This document shows positions 1 to 8,617 of a stretch of 64,000 bases of DNA, one piece after another (position 1 is the stretch's first letter; every line of letters begins with the position of its first letter). Under the pieces are notes generated by a model. That model made no database searches. It was not told the DNA's origin and saw nothing but the letters and a program-made list of their open reading frames with translations. The stretch spans positions 3,872,001 to 3,936,000 of the forward strand of contig OZ244937.1 of NCBI GenBank assembly GCA_965222075.1, in the 5' to 3' direction. This stretch comes from Candidatus Latescibacterota bacterium (GTDB taxonomy: Bacteria > Latescibacterota > UBA2968 > GCA-2709665). The position numbers were made by a program, and so were the translations under genes.

Positions 1-43
1 GCACAGGTCCCCCCAGCATCCACCGACCCGATGCGGACACGGG

Positions 44-928
44 CTATCTGCCCACAAAGGTTTCAGGCCATTTCGGCTCGTAATCGCTCTCGAAGAGCCA
101 GTCGAAGTCCTCAGGCACGATGTGGGCGCGCTCGGCACGCAGCTTCCGGCGCAGCCGGGGAAAGAACGCCATCACCCCATCGCGCTGGTTCTTCGGCAGT
201 CCGCACGACACGCCGGCGGCGGCCCACGATGTCCCCATCGCCTTGCGGGACACCGTGTCCTCATTCTGCCAGGCCGAGTGCAGTCCCGCGCTGCACAGGA
301 TCAGGATCTGCCCCCGGCGTGCGACCGCGGCAACCGGCTCCTGCTCGACCCAGGGCATATCCCCCAGCGTCGGCACGTGCTCGGGGTAAGCCGGCGCGGT
401 GTCCGGCGGATCCGGGCGCACCCCGTGCACGCGGGGCAGCTTCGCCTTGTGCTCCGGCATCAGAACCCGGCTCCAGTGTTCCATAATCGGGCGATGACTG
501 CCCGGCAGGATGCGCATGGCCCCCCGATGCTCGGGCACGTCATTGAGCCAGAACCACAGCTCAGCGCGCATCCGGCGGGGCGTCGCCTGGAAATCCTCCC
601 ACGTCGCCTGGATGTCGATGTGGCATCCGCTGGCCCATTGGTCCCGAAGGCTTGCGAAAGGGGCTTTGGCCGGTGCGCGCTCGTGGGGCGCCAGCCCCCA
701 CCACAGGTGCACCGCATCGGCGCCCAGCAGCTTCCTGGCTACCTCCTCGAAGTAGGGATGCTGGACCACATCGACATAGTCCGGGTCTTCGTACGGAGGG
801 CGGCCGCTCTCCTTCAACCGGTCCCACGCCGCTTCGGCCCGGTCCAGCTCCCCGGTGGTGAAGGGGCTGTCGATGGTGACCGCCCCCTCTTCCTCGTATT
901 GTCTCAGTTCCGCATCGGTGAATGGCAT
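44..928 (-). CDS. Phytanoyl-CoA dioxygenase (PhyH) family Fe(II)/2-oxoglutarate dioxygenase
   Basis: N-terminal 'ELRQYEEEG', HxD motif (HID), 'MRILPGSH', distal His (LHSAW); AGGAG RBS upstream. Confidence 0.8.
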   Translation of the reverse strand: MPFTDAELRQYEEEGAVTIDSPFTTGELDRAEAAWDRLKESGRPPYEDPDYVDVVQHPYFEEVARKLLGADAVHLWWGLAPHERAPAKAPFASLRDQWASGCHIDIQATWEDFQATPRRMRAELWFWLNDVPEHRGAMRILPGSHRPIMEHWSRVLMPEHKAKLPRVHGVRPDPPDTAPAYPEHVPTLGDMPWVEQEPVAAVARRGQILILCSAGLHSAWQNEDTVSRKAMGTSWAAAGVSCGLPKNQRDGVMAFFPRLRRKLRAERAHIVPEDFDWLFESDYEPKWPETFVGR

Positions 929-970
929 GGGGATCTCCTTTATGTGAACAAGTAAACAAGGGAATGATAT

Positions 971-1003
971 ACCGTACTTGATAAGCAGTCCATCAAGTAC
1001 GGT
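971..1003. repeat. Perfect 12-bp inverted repeat (hairpin)
   Basis: ACCGTACTTGAT (971-982), 9-nt loop, ATCAAGTACGGT (992-1003). Confidence 0.75.
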
Positions 1004-1021
1004 CCGCCATACGGAACATGG

Positions 1022-1138
1022 CTAAAGCCAATTCCCCAGTATCTTCAGGCATCGGTTTCCTCTCCACTTTCTGCCACGCTTTCCCTTCGGCCTCAACCTT
1101 TTAACTGGGCGACCACGCTTGACCTTCTTCTTAGCCAT
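1022..1138 (-). CDS. Small basic peptide (38 aa), possibly a frameshifted remnant
   Basis: Hand translation MAKKKVKRGRPVKRLRPKGKRGRKWRGNRCLKILGNWL*; GGAGAGG RBS just upstream of ATG; below ORF-track size cut-off. Confidence 0.4.
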   Translation of the reverse strand: MAKKKVKRGRPVKRLRPKGKRGRKWRGNRCLKILGNWL

Positions 1139-1327
1139 GATAGCCTCTCCCTTTGTATAGACTCATAGAATGTTTTTTCGGGCATGAAGGTACTTTCTAA
1201 AGGTACATCTTGCCAAATGTACGAAATATATTATATTTGTTCACGATGAGTATAAAAGCGATTTTGGGATTGAAGCAAGTCCTTCAAAAAGAACTCATTT
1301 AGTTAGGATATTCGGTTTCCTGGCGGA

Positions 1328-1348
1328 GTTGTATACATTGTATACAAC
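1328..1348. promoter_or_regulatory. Palindromic operator-like site upstream of hicB
   Basis: GTTGTATACA-T-TGTATACAAC, perfect 10-bp arms, 50 nt upstream of the hicB start. Confidence 0.55.
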
Positions 1349-1397
1349 CAGCAAGAGTGAGATGATCGAGTGTAGATACAGAGAGAGGAGGCGTGAG

Positions 1398-1607
1398 ATG
1401 GCAGAAAACACCAACCTTAACGATAATGTAAGGAATCTGATTGCGATAATCAGCAAAGAGGATAAGTGGTTCATCGCTGAATGTCCGCAAATTGGCACGG
1501 TCAGTCAAGGCAAATCAGAAGAGGACGCCCTGCGCAATCTGAAAGAAGCAACGGAGCTTTACCTTGATGAAGTAAATGCCAGAGTTGTGGAGTTTGCACT
1601 TGCCTAA
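1398..1607 (+). CDS. hicB: HicB-family antitoxin, short form without a DNA-binding domain
   Basis: 'WFIAECPQIGTVSQGKSEEDALRNLKEATELYL' is the typical HicB partial RNase H fold; GAGGAGG RBS before ATG 1398. Confidence 0.85.
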   Translation: MAENTNLNDNVRNLIAIISKEDKWFIAECPQIGTVSQGKSEEDALRNLKEATELYLDEVNARVVEFALA

Positions 1608-1815
1608 GATTCCTTCTGGTATTTCTGGCCAAAATGTTGTATCCGCCTTTGTATATGTACGTCAAAAAGGGAGTCATATAGTACTTAAACGTCCTGGACC
1701 GCTCAAAACTGATTTGACGATTGTGCCAGACCATAGCGAACTGGCACGGGGGATGCTAGCGAGAATTTTGAAACAAGCGGATGTTGACTTGACAGATTTT
1801 TTGGATGCTCTTTAA
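1600..1815 (+). CDS. hicA: HicA-family toxin (mRNA interferase), apparently with a short in-frame deletion
   Basis: 'VRQKGSHIVL', 'VPDHSELARGMLARILKQA'; TTG start overlaps the hicB 3' end. Confidence 0.8.
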   Translation: MPKIPSGISGQNVVSAFVYVRQKGSHIVLKRPGPLKTDLTIVPDHSELARGMLARILKQADVDLTDFLDAL

Positions 1816-1890
1816 TCTACTCTTATGATGATCGTTCTATGTAACGGTCAATACACGTATTTCCATCGAATACCAAAGATATATTTTGCC

Positions 1891-1924
1891 CAAGAGGTCA
1901 CGCGCAAACCGTCGTAACCTCTTG
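1891..1924 (-). terminator. Stem-loop downstream of tRNA-Val
   Basis: CAAGAGGTCACG...CGTAACCTCTTG, 12-bp stem with one mismatch; GTAACCTCTT is also tandemly duplicated here. Confidence 0.45.
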
Positions 1925-1940
1925 TAACCTCTTTTTTTTG

Positions 1941-2017
1941 TGGTGGGCGATACTGGACTCGAACCAGTGGCCTCCTGCTTGTAAGGCAGGCGCTCTGACC
2001 AGCTGAGCTAACCGCCC
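1941..2017 (-). tRNA. tRNA-Val (anticodon TAC)
   Basis: Reverse complement GGGCGGTTAGCTCAGCTGGTCAGAGCGCCTGCCTTACAAGCAGGAGGCCACTGGTTCGAGTCCAGTATCGCCCACCA: cloverleaf, GTTCGA T-loop, encoded CCA. Confidence 0.97.
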
Positions 2018-2334
2018 ACATCCTCTCCGGGTTCTTCCGTGGACGCCTCTTTGCCGGAAGGTCCCCCCATCAACAGCGCAATCGGGATCAGCACGCAGTA
2101 GCCCAGCACCAGCAGAATCGGCGCTAAAGTCAAAGACAGGAACCCGTCCACCGGCGGCCGTGACAGACAGATGTAGCCGATCACAATCACCCCGATGGCG
2201 GCTGCGAACATCATCGCATTCCACCGGGTATACGGAAGACCGCGCGACTCCCGGTTCCCCCGGTCCTGCTGCCCCCGTCGCCCGGACCGCCGTCTCCGCG
2301 CACGGGATCTCGCCTCTCTGCGGGTAGCAGCCAT
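2008..2334 (-). CDS. Small membrane protein, DUF3098-like (two TM helices, basic N-terminus)
   Basis: Two hydrophobic segments, 'LSLTLAPILLVLGY'; starts 1 nt after the rplS stop. Confidence 0.65.
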   Translation of the reverse strand: MAATRREARSRARRRRSGRRGQQDRGNRESRGLPYTRWNAMMFAAAIGVIVIGYICLSRPPVDGFLSLTLAPILLVLGYCVLIPIALLMGGPSGKEASTEEPGEDVGG

Positions 2335-2335
2335 C

Positions 2336-2758
2336 TTACGCCTCTGGGCTTACCGCTTCTTCTGCCTCTGCCGCTTCCTCGGCTTTTTTTACCACGTCCT
2401 CTTTTTTGACCGTCCTCTTCTCCGCAATGCGGGCCGCCTTGCCGCGTAGCTCACGCAGGTAGGTGATCCTCGCCCGCCGGACCTTACCGCGCCGGACAAC
2501 CTCAATCCCGGCAACGCGGGGCGAATGCAGCGGAAAGATCCGCTCAACACCCACCCCGCCCACCGCAATCTTCCGGACCGTAAACGTCTCGTGAATTCCG
2601 CTGCCCCTCCGCTGGATCACCACCCCTTCATAAATCTGGATGCGCTCCTTCTCACCCTCAATAACCCGAACACGCACCCGGACCGTATCCCCCGCTACAA
2701 ACTCGGAAACATCGGAGCGAACCTGGTCTGCGACCAACGACTTCAACAAAGCGTCCAT
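2336..2758 (-). CDS. rplS: 50S ribosomal protein L19
   Basis: 'GDTVRV', '[12 protein letters not shown]', '[11 protein letters not shown]', 'RRGKVRRA'. Confidence 0.98.
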   Translation of the reverse strand: MDALLKSLVADQVRSDVSEFVAGDTVRVRVRVIEGEKERIQIYEGVVIQRRGSGIHETFTVRKIAVGGVGVERIFPLHSPRVAGIEVVRRGKVRRARITYLRELRGKAARIAEKRTVKKEDVVKKAEEAAEAEEAVSPEA

Positions 2759-2842
2759 AATGACACACACTCCCTGAAAAACCGTGAAAGATCAAACCGC
2801 AAACGACCCCCGCTTCCGGACCTGGAGGATGAGGCGGAGTGG

Positions 2843-2867
2843 CACGTTTCACCTTTCACGTTTCACA
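2843..2867. repeat. Short tandem heptamer repeat (TTTCACN) over the trmD 3' end
   Basis: CACG TTTCACC TTTCACG TTTCACA. Confidence 0.5.
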
Positions 2868-3547
2868 TCCTTATCCTCCAACAAATCCGGCCTCCGCTGC
2901 CGGGTGCGTTTAATCGCTTCCTCCCGCCGCCACTGTGCAATCAACCGGTGGTTCCCACCCAGCAGGACCCCGGGCACCGAAAGCCCCTCAAACACCGGCG
3001 GCCGGGTATACCAGGGACAATCCAGAAGGCCGTTCTGAAACGAATCCCCCAGGGCCGATTCCGCATCACCCACCGCGCCGGGAATCAGCCGCACAACCGT
3101 GTCGATCAGCACCAGGGCCGCAAGTTCGCCCCCGCTCAAAACATAGTCGCCAATCGAAATCTCGTGGGTCACATAACGCTCCCGGATGCGTTCGTCAATC
3201 CCCCGGTAGCGCCCGCACAAAAGCACCAGGTGCGCCTCCAGCGACAGCCGGTTCGCCATCGTCTGGTCCAGCCGCTTTCCCTCCGGGGTCAGGAAAATGA
3301 CCTTCCCGGGGGGCCGCTCCAACGCAATCCCCTTCAGCGCCCGGGCGATCGGCTCCGGCTTGAACACAATCCCGGCGCCCCCGCCGTAGGGCGTATCGTC
3401 CACCGTCCGGTGGAGATCGTCGGTATGGTCCCGCAGGTCGTGCGCGTGCACGTCCACCAGCCCTGCATCAACCGCACGCCCCGGGATGCCGTAGGAAAGC
3501 GCCTGCCGGATCAGATCGGGGAAAATCGTCAACACATCGATGCGCAT
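2849..3547 (-). CDS. trmD: tRNA (guanine37-N1)-methyltransferase
   Basis: 'VDDTPYGGGAG', 'SIGDYVLSGGE', 'YTRP'. Confidence 0.98.
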   Translation of the reverse strand: MRIDVLTIFPDLIRQALSYGIPGRAVDAGLVDVHAHDLRDHTDDLHRTVDDTPYGGGAGIVFKPEPIARALKGIALERPPGKVIFLTPEGKRLDQTMANRLSLEAHLVLLCGRYRGIDERIRERYVTHEISIGDYVLSGGELAALVLIDTVVRLIPGAVGDAESALGDSFQNGLLDCPWYTRPPVFEGLSVPGVLLGGNHRLIAQWRREEAIKRTRQRRPDLLEDKDVKRER

Positions 3548-3561
3548 TCCCCGGTGTCCCT

Positions 3562-4065
3562 TTATAAAAGCCCTTCAAGGTCTCGAACCACAACCCGCCC
3601 GCCCGCCAGGTCCACCCGGATCAACTCGCGCACAGCCGGCAGCAGGACCTCCTCCCCGTCCCGGTCCACCACGTAAACGTCATTGGCCGGAAACGAGAGC
3701 ACATCCACCACCTTCCCCACGGCCTCTCCCGCCTCCGTCTCCACCTTCAACCCCACCACCTCGAAAACGTAAAACGTATCTTCCGGCAGCGGGTAAACCG
3801 CTTCCCGGCGGACCAGAAGCACGCTCCCCTTCAAACGGGCAACCGCTTCGGGCGTCTCAATGCCCCCAAACTTGATCCCCAGCCGTTTTCCATAGGCCCG
3901 AACCGTCTGGATCCGAAGAGAGGTCCGGACGCCGCCCGGGCGTTCGAGCAGAACCTCCGTGAGACCCTCAAACCGCTCCGGATAATCCGTCAAAGGCAGG
4001 AGAAAAACCTCCCCCCGCACCCCCCTGGGCTTTTGGATCCGCCCAATGGCGACAAACGCCTCCAA
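3562..4065 (-). CDS. rimM: 16S rRNA processing protein RimM
   Basis: 'IGRIQKPRGVRGEV', 'ANDVYVV', 'LLP'; between rpsP and trmD. Start re-assigned to TTG 4065 (approximate). Confidence 0.92.
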   Translation of the reverse strand: MEAFVAIGRIQKPRGVRGEVFLLPLTDYPERFEGLTEVLLERPGGVRTSLRIQTVRAYGKRLGIKFGGIETPEAVARLKGSVLLVRREAVYPLPEDTFYVFEVVGLKVETEAGEAVGKVVDVLSFPANDVYVVDRDGEEVLLPAVRELIRVDLAGGRVVVRDLEGLL

Positions 4066-4090
4066 ATCCGACGGTCCCTCAGACAGCTTC

Positions 4091-4408
4091 TCAGGCCTCG
4101 GCAGTCTCTTCCGCCCCTTCGACCACGTCAACGCCCCCGGAGCCGGGATGGCGCATCTCGTGCCACCGTTTGAGAATCCCCTGCTGCCTGAGCAGGCTCC
4201 GGGCCGTCCGGGTGGGCATGGCACCCCTGGAAAGCCAGTGCATCACACGGTCTTCCCGAAGCTTCACAACCTGCGGATGCTTCGAGGGATCGTAGTGCCC
4301 CAGGGTCTCAATGAACCGTCCGTCTCGGGGGGAAGCAACATCTGCAACAACCATCCGATAAAAAGGCGCACTCTTGGCCCCCAGGCGCCTCAAACGAATC
4401 TTGACCAA
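4091..4408 (-). CDS. rpsP: 30S ribosomal protein S16
   Basis: 'VKIRLRRLG', 'PFYR', 'RDGRFIETLGHYDP'. Confidence 0.98.
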   Translation of the reverse strand: MVKIRLRRLGAKSAPFYRMVVADVASPRDGRFIETLGHYDPSKHPQVVKLREDRVMHWLSRGAMPTRTARSLLRQQGILKRWHEMRHPGSGGVDVVEGAEETAEA

Positions 4409-4423
4409 ACCGACCTCCTAAGA

Positions 4424-5752
4424 TTATCCGAAAAAGGGCATCGGCATCCCGCGCCCGCCCGCCTCCATCCGGCCCATTCGCTTCATCGTCTTCTGCATCG
4501 AATTGAACTGCTTGACGAGCCGGTTCACATCCTGAACACTACACCCGCTGCCCCGGGCGATTCGCCGCCTGCGGCTCCCATCCAAAATCTGGGGATTTGC
4601 CCGTTCCGCCCGCGTCATCGAAAAGATAACCGCCTCGATGTGGACAAAGGCATCCTCGTCCACCTGAATTCCCTTCAGCGCCTTCCCCGTGCCCGGGATC
4701 ATCTCCAAAAGCTGGTCCAGAGGTCCCATCTTCCGGACCTGCGCGATCTGCTCTAAAAAGTCGTCAAACGTAAATGACGCGGTACGCAGCTTCTTCTGGA
4801 ACGCCCGGGCCTGCTCGACCTCCACCGTCTCCTGCGCCTTCTCCGCTAAGGTGACGATGTCTCCCATCCCCAGGATGCGGGACGCCATCCGATCGGGGTG
4901 AAACGGCTCCAGCCCGTCCAACTTCTCGCTCACCCCCACAAACTTGATCGGAACCCCCGTCACCTCGCGGATCGAAAGCGCAGCCCCGCCCCGCGTATCG
5001 CTGTCCAGCCGGGTAAGCACCACACCCGTAAAACGGACCTGCGCGTAGAAGGCCGACGCCGCAGAGACCGCGTCCTGCCCGGTCATCCCGTCGGCCACAA
5101 ACAGGACCTCCACCGGAGACACCGCCTCCCGAATCCGCACCGCCTCCCCCATCCGCTCCTCATCCACGTGCAGGCGCCCGGCCGTATCCAGGATCACCGG
5201 GTCCAGCCCCTCCAGTTGCGCCCGGTCCACCGCCCCGGTGCAAATATCCACCGGATCGGTCCCTTCGGGGGCGCGGTGCACCAATACCCCGATCGACTCG
5301 CCCAGCACACAGAGCTGCTCGACCGCAGCCGGGCGGTACATATCCGCAGCCACCAGCAGGGGGCGCCGCCCCTTCGATTTGACCAGGCGGGCCAGCTTGG
5401 CCGCCGTCGTCGTCTTCCCGGACCCCTGCAGCCCCACCAGCATCACCACATTGGGCGCAGGCCCCGGCAGGTCCAGACCCCGATGCTGGTCCCCCATCAG
5501 GTGGACCAGCTCATCGTGGACCACCTTGATCACCTGCTGCGCCGGCGTAATGCTCCGGAGCACCTCCCGGCCAATGGCCCGCTCCTTCACCCGCGCAACA
5601 AAAGACCTGGCCACCTTGTAGTTGACGTCGGCATCCAAAAGCACCCGGCGGACCTGCCGCAGCGCCTCTTCGATATTCGCCTCGGTCAACTTCCCGCGGC
5701 CGCGGAGCTTCTTGAAAACCCCTTCCAGCTTTTCGGTCAGACGATCGAACAT
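4424..5752 (-). CDS. ffh: Signal recognition particle protein Ffh
   Basis: 'GLQGSGKTT', 'DTAGR', M-domain 'SRRRRIARGSG'. Confidence 0.98.
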   Translation of the reverse strand: MFDRLTEKLEGVFKKLRGRGKLTEANIEEALRQVRRVLLDADVNYKVARSFVARVKERAIGREVLRSITPAQQVIKVVHDELVHLMGDQHRGLDLPGPAPNVVMLVGLQGSGKTTTAAKLARLVKSKGRRPLLVAADMYRPAAVEQLCVLGESIGVLVHRAPEGTDPVDICTGAVDRAQLEGLDPVILDTAGRLHVDEERMGEAVRIREAVSPVEVLFVADGMTGQDAVSAASAFYAQVRFTGVVLTRLDSDTRGGAALSIREVTGVPIKFVGVSEKLDGLEPFHPDRMASRILGMGDIVTLAEKAQETVEVEQARAFQKKLRTASFTFDDFLEQIAQVRKMGPLDQLLEMIPGTGKALKGIQVDEDAFVHIEAVIFSMTRAERANPQILDGSRRRRIARGSGCSVQDVNRLVKQFNSMQKTMKRMGRMEAGGRGMPMPFFG

Positions 5753-5983
5753 CAAACGCCCCTACCGCACCGCGTGGTCAAAAAAAACAGGAGAATTTTA
5801 AATATACCAAATTCCGGACAATCCCGCAAAAACGCGAACAATGAAGGAAAATCCCTATTCTGTCGCCGCTTGCCTGGCGGTCAGACAGGCTGGATAGGCC
5901 GAAGCCTGTCCAAAGTTTGGTAAATATATAAGAATACTTAATTTTGTGCAAGCAGGAAATCCCCGATTCCCGGGTCTCCCCCT

Positions 5984-6646
5984 TTACCCTGTCCCCTCCG
6001 CCGCGCGCCTCAACGCCACCACGTTCTCTGTCACCCTCCCGTCCCGAAACGCCGAAGACCCGGCCACCAGCACCTCCACCCCGGCGGCCACCGCCTGCCC
6101 GGCGTTGTCCGTATTGATCCCCCCGTCAATCTCGATCTCCACCTCCACCCCCTGCCGCTCGATCTCCGCCTTTAGCGCCCCGACTCTAAGCAGGGACTCG
6201 GGCATAAAGGCCTGCCCCCCGAACCCCGGCTCCACGGACATCACCAGGGCCAGGTCCAGCGCAGGAAGCAGAGGGAAAAGGGCATCCACCGGCGTAGCCG
6301 GCTTCACCGACGCCCCGGCCTTCATCCCCGCCTTGCGTATCCGGCCGAGAAGATCGGGCAGATCCGCGTCAACCTCCACGTGTACGGTCAGGATATCCGC
6401 CCCGCTGTCAGCAAACGCCTGCAGGTATTTCCCCGGATGGGTGATCATCAAATGCACATCGAGCGTCAACTCGGTCACCCTTCGAACCGCCTCGACCACC
6501 ATCGGCCCAAACGTGAGGTTTGGCACAAAGTGGCCGTCCATCACATCCAGGTGGATATAGTCCACCCCGGCCGCTTCCACCACCTTTGCCTCGCGCGCTA
6601 AAGCGCTGAAATCCGCCGACAGAAACGAGGGCGCTATTTTGACCAT
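5984..6646 (-). CDS. rpe: Ribulose-phosphate 3-epimerase
   Basis: 'IAPSFLSADF', 'HLDVMDGHFVPNLTFG', 'MSVEPGFGGQ', 'DGG'. Confidence 0.98.
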   Translation of the reverse strand: MVKIAPSFLSADFSALAREAKVVEAAGVDYIHLDVMDGHFVPNLTFGPMVVEAVRRVTELTLDVHLMITHPGKYLQAFADSGADILTVHVEVDADLPDLLGRIRKAGMKAGASVKPATPVDALFPLLPALDLALVMSVEPGFGGQAFMPESLLRVGALKAEIERQGVEVEIEIDGGINTDNAGQAVAAGVEVLVAGSSAFRDGRVTENVVALRRAAEGTG

Positions 6647-6659
6647 AGGCAACTCATCC

Positions 6660-7391
6660 TTAAAGCTTGCTCACCACAAGTTGAACAGCCGTTCCCTGCT
6701 TTACCTTCTCGCCGGCCTCGGGAACCTGCCGAATCACCGTATTCGGCAGGTAGGCCGTACTGAACTCATAGCGGATCGTGGCCTGAAGCTCAAGCGAGGC
6801 AAGGCCCGAGCGAGCGTCATCCAGGGGTCGCCCTACCACGTTGGGCACCCCCACAACCTCCCGGGGTGGTCCGCTGCTGACCACCAGGGACACCGGCGTA
6901 TCAGCGGGCATTTTTTGACCGGCAGACGGCGCCTGGCGGATCACCAATCCCTCCTTCAACTCCAGGGACGCCTCCTCGCTCACCTCGCCTACCCCCAGGC
7001 CGCCCTGCTCGATCCAGAGCCTGGCCTGGCGCAAGGACCGCTTGCGCAGGTCCGGCACCTCGTAAAGCCGGGTCCCCAGGCTGGGCACCGCATACACCGT
7101 TCGGCCCGGCTTAACCATCGAAAAAGCCGTGGGATTCTGGTACACAACCCGCCCCTCGAAAACGGACTCATCCCAGCGGGGCTTCTGCAGCTCAAGCTGG
7201 AGCCCATACCGGGCCAGCGTCCGGCGGGCCTGGGCCGAGGCCAGATCCACAATATCGGGAACCTCAACCAGCCTCCCCTTCCGGACCACGTAGGGCATAA
7301 TCACCTTATCCAGAAGAAAGAGCAGGACCGTACCCACAAAAACCGCACAGACCACAAAAAGAGCGACTTCCCGCAGCAGGACTTTAAGCAT
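6660..7391 (-). CDS. PASTA-domain membrane protein (three PASTA repeats)
   Basis: N-terminal TM, then three 'VPD/VPN ... V..Q.P' repeats. Confidence 0.9.
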   Translation of the reverse strand: MLKVLLREVALFVVCAVFVGTVLLFLLDKVIMPYVVRKGRLVEVPDIVDLASAQARRTLARYGLQLELQKPRWDESVFEGRVVYQNPTAFSMVKPGRTVYAVPSLGTRLYEVPDLRKRSLRQARLWIEQGGLGVGEVSEEASLELKEGLVIRQAPSAGQKMPADTPVSLVVSSGPPREVVGVPNVVGRPLDDARSGLASLELQATIRYEFSTAYLPNTVIRQVPEAGEKVKQGTAVQLVVSKL

Positions 7392-7486
7392 ACCTATGGG
7401 TCCGTTTTGTGTGATTCTGTTGTGTCAGTGAAGTCAAAAATAGGACAACCGGCCTCTACTGTCAAGCCGGGTGCGCCCAAAAAGAC

Positions 7487-8317
7487 CTACCTGGACCGAC
7501 GTCGCCCCACCGACACCGACACCCGGTGCGACAGGCCCAGCACCGTATGGTAGACGGCCGCATAGTCAACCGTGAACACCCCCCGTTTTACCCCCACCCC
7601 CACCGACAGGCGCTCCGGACGCCCTCCTGCCCCCATCCGCAACGCCAACCCATCTCCATACCTGTATTCCACCCCCACACTCGTTCCAGTCGGCAGCCCC
7701 GCCTCCTTCCTCACATCCACCAGCAGCACCGCCCCCGGAGCCACCTCCACTCCCACTCCCGACATCCCCCCCTGTCCCAACTGTCCGACTTTCACTCCCC
7801 CCACATTCCATGCAGAAAGGCCCCACACCACCCCCTCTGTCAGGTACGCCCGAATGCCTAAGTCAAACGCGGTCCACCTTCGCCGTCCCACCTCCGCCAC
7901 GCTTACCTGTATCCCCCGCACCGTCACCCCCACCCCAAACCTCGACGAAAGCGCAACCCCGTACGTCAGCCCGACGGTCTGCTCCAGATAAAGGGAAAAC
8001 CCGTACCCCAGGTAGCTCAACCCAACACCCCCCTTCCCAACAGAAAGAACGATTCCAAAGGCCTCGGTCTCCAGCGCCGCCATCCCGAAGGGCCGCTCAT
8101 ATCCCCCCATCGCCTCAACCCCCACCGTCCACGCCACCGATGCCGGATTCCAGAACAGTCCCTCCGCCCCTTCTGCGCACCCCGCAAACGTGTCGCCCAT
8201 CCCCCCCGCCCGCGCCCCGATGGGCTGAAACTCAAACGCAGCCCGCATCGGCGCCGGCGTGGAAAGTATGACAACAAGACACAGAGGAATGCGTCGACAA
8301 AGTTGAGAGATAAACAT
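7487..8317 (-). CDS. Outer-membrane beta-barrel, PorV/PorQ-like
   Basis: Signal-like N-terminus, 'GARAGGMG', 'FWNPA', C-terminal 'DYA...LGLSHRVS'; start approximate. Confidence 0.65.
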   Translation of the reverse strand: MFISQLCRRIPLCLVVILSTPAPMRAAFEFQPIGARAGGMGDTFAGCAEGAEGLFWNPASVAWTVGVEAMGGYERPFGMAALETEAFGIVLSVGKGGVGLSYLGYGFSLYLEQTVGLTYGVALSSRFGVGVTVRGIQVSVAEVGRRRWTAFDLGIRAYLTEGVVWGLSAWNVGGVKVGQLGQGGMSGVGVEVAPGAVLLVDVRKEAGLPTGTSVGVEYRYGDGLALRMGAGGRPERLSVGVGVKRGVFTVDYAAVYHTVLGLSHRVSVSVGRRRSR

Positions 8318-8542
8318 TGCGCAAGGTCCAGGATCACCGAATGCACACCGCTCCACCTGTGTGCGCTCCCCCATGCAACCCCCATACCACCCTTTCGCCT
8401 TCCCGCAGTTTTATCCTCCATCCCCCTGAATACAGGACGCTTAAGCATACCCGGCGCCTGGATCGGCATCGTGCTCTGAGACTGAACCTGCCATGCCCGA
8501 AGCGACAAACAAGAGCGTCGTGTGTCCTGTTCCGGATGGCAC

Positions 8543-8575
8543 AAAAAAGCCTGAGGGCAAGATAACCCACAGGCT
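8543..8575 (-). terminator. Rho-independent terminator
   Basis: Minus strand AGCCTGTGGG-loop-CCCTCAGGCT followed by a T run, downstream of the DUF5683 gene. Confidence 0.7.
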
Positions 8576-8617
8576 CGAATCGTGGAAAAAACCAGTCCGG
8601 AACTTCAGGTTCCAGGA

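Noticed and set aside
5756-5983. SRP RNA (ffs) next to ffh
   Set aside because: The conserved SRP domain IV motif was not found; only a short hairpin near 5884-5910
8334-8617. Possible ncRNA (6S or riboswitch) in the intergenic gap
   Set aside because: Only a terminator hairpin is supportable; no diagnostic motif was recognised
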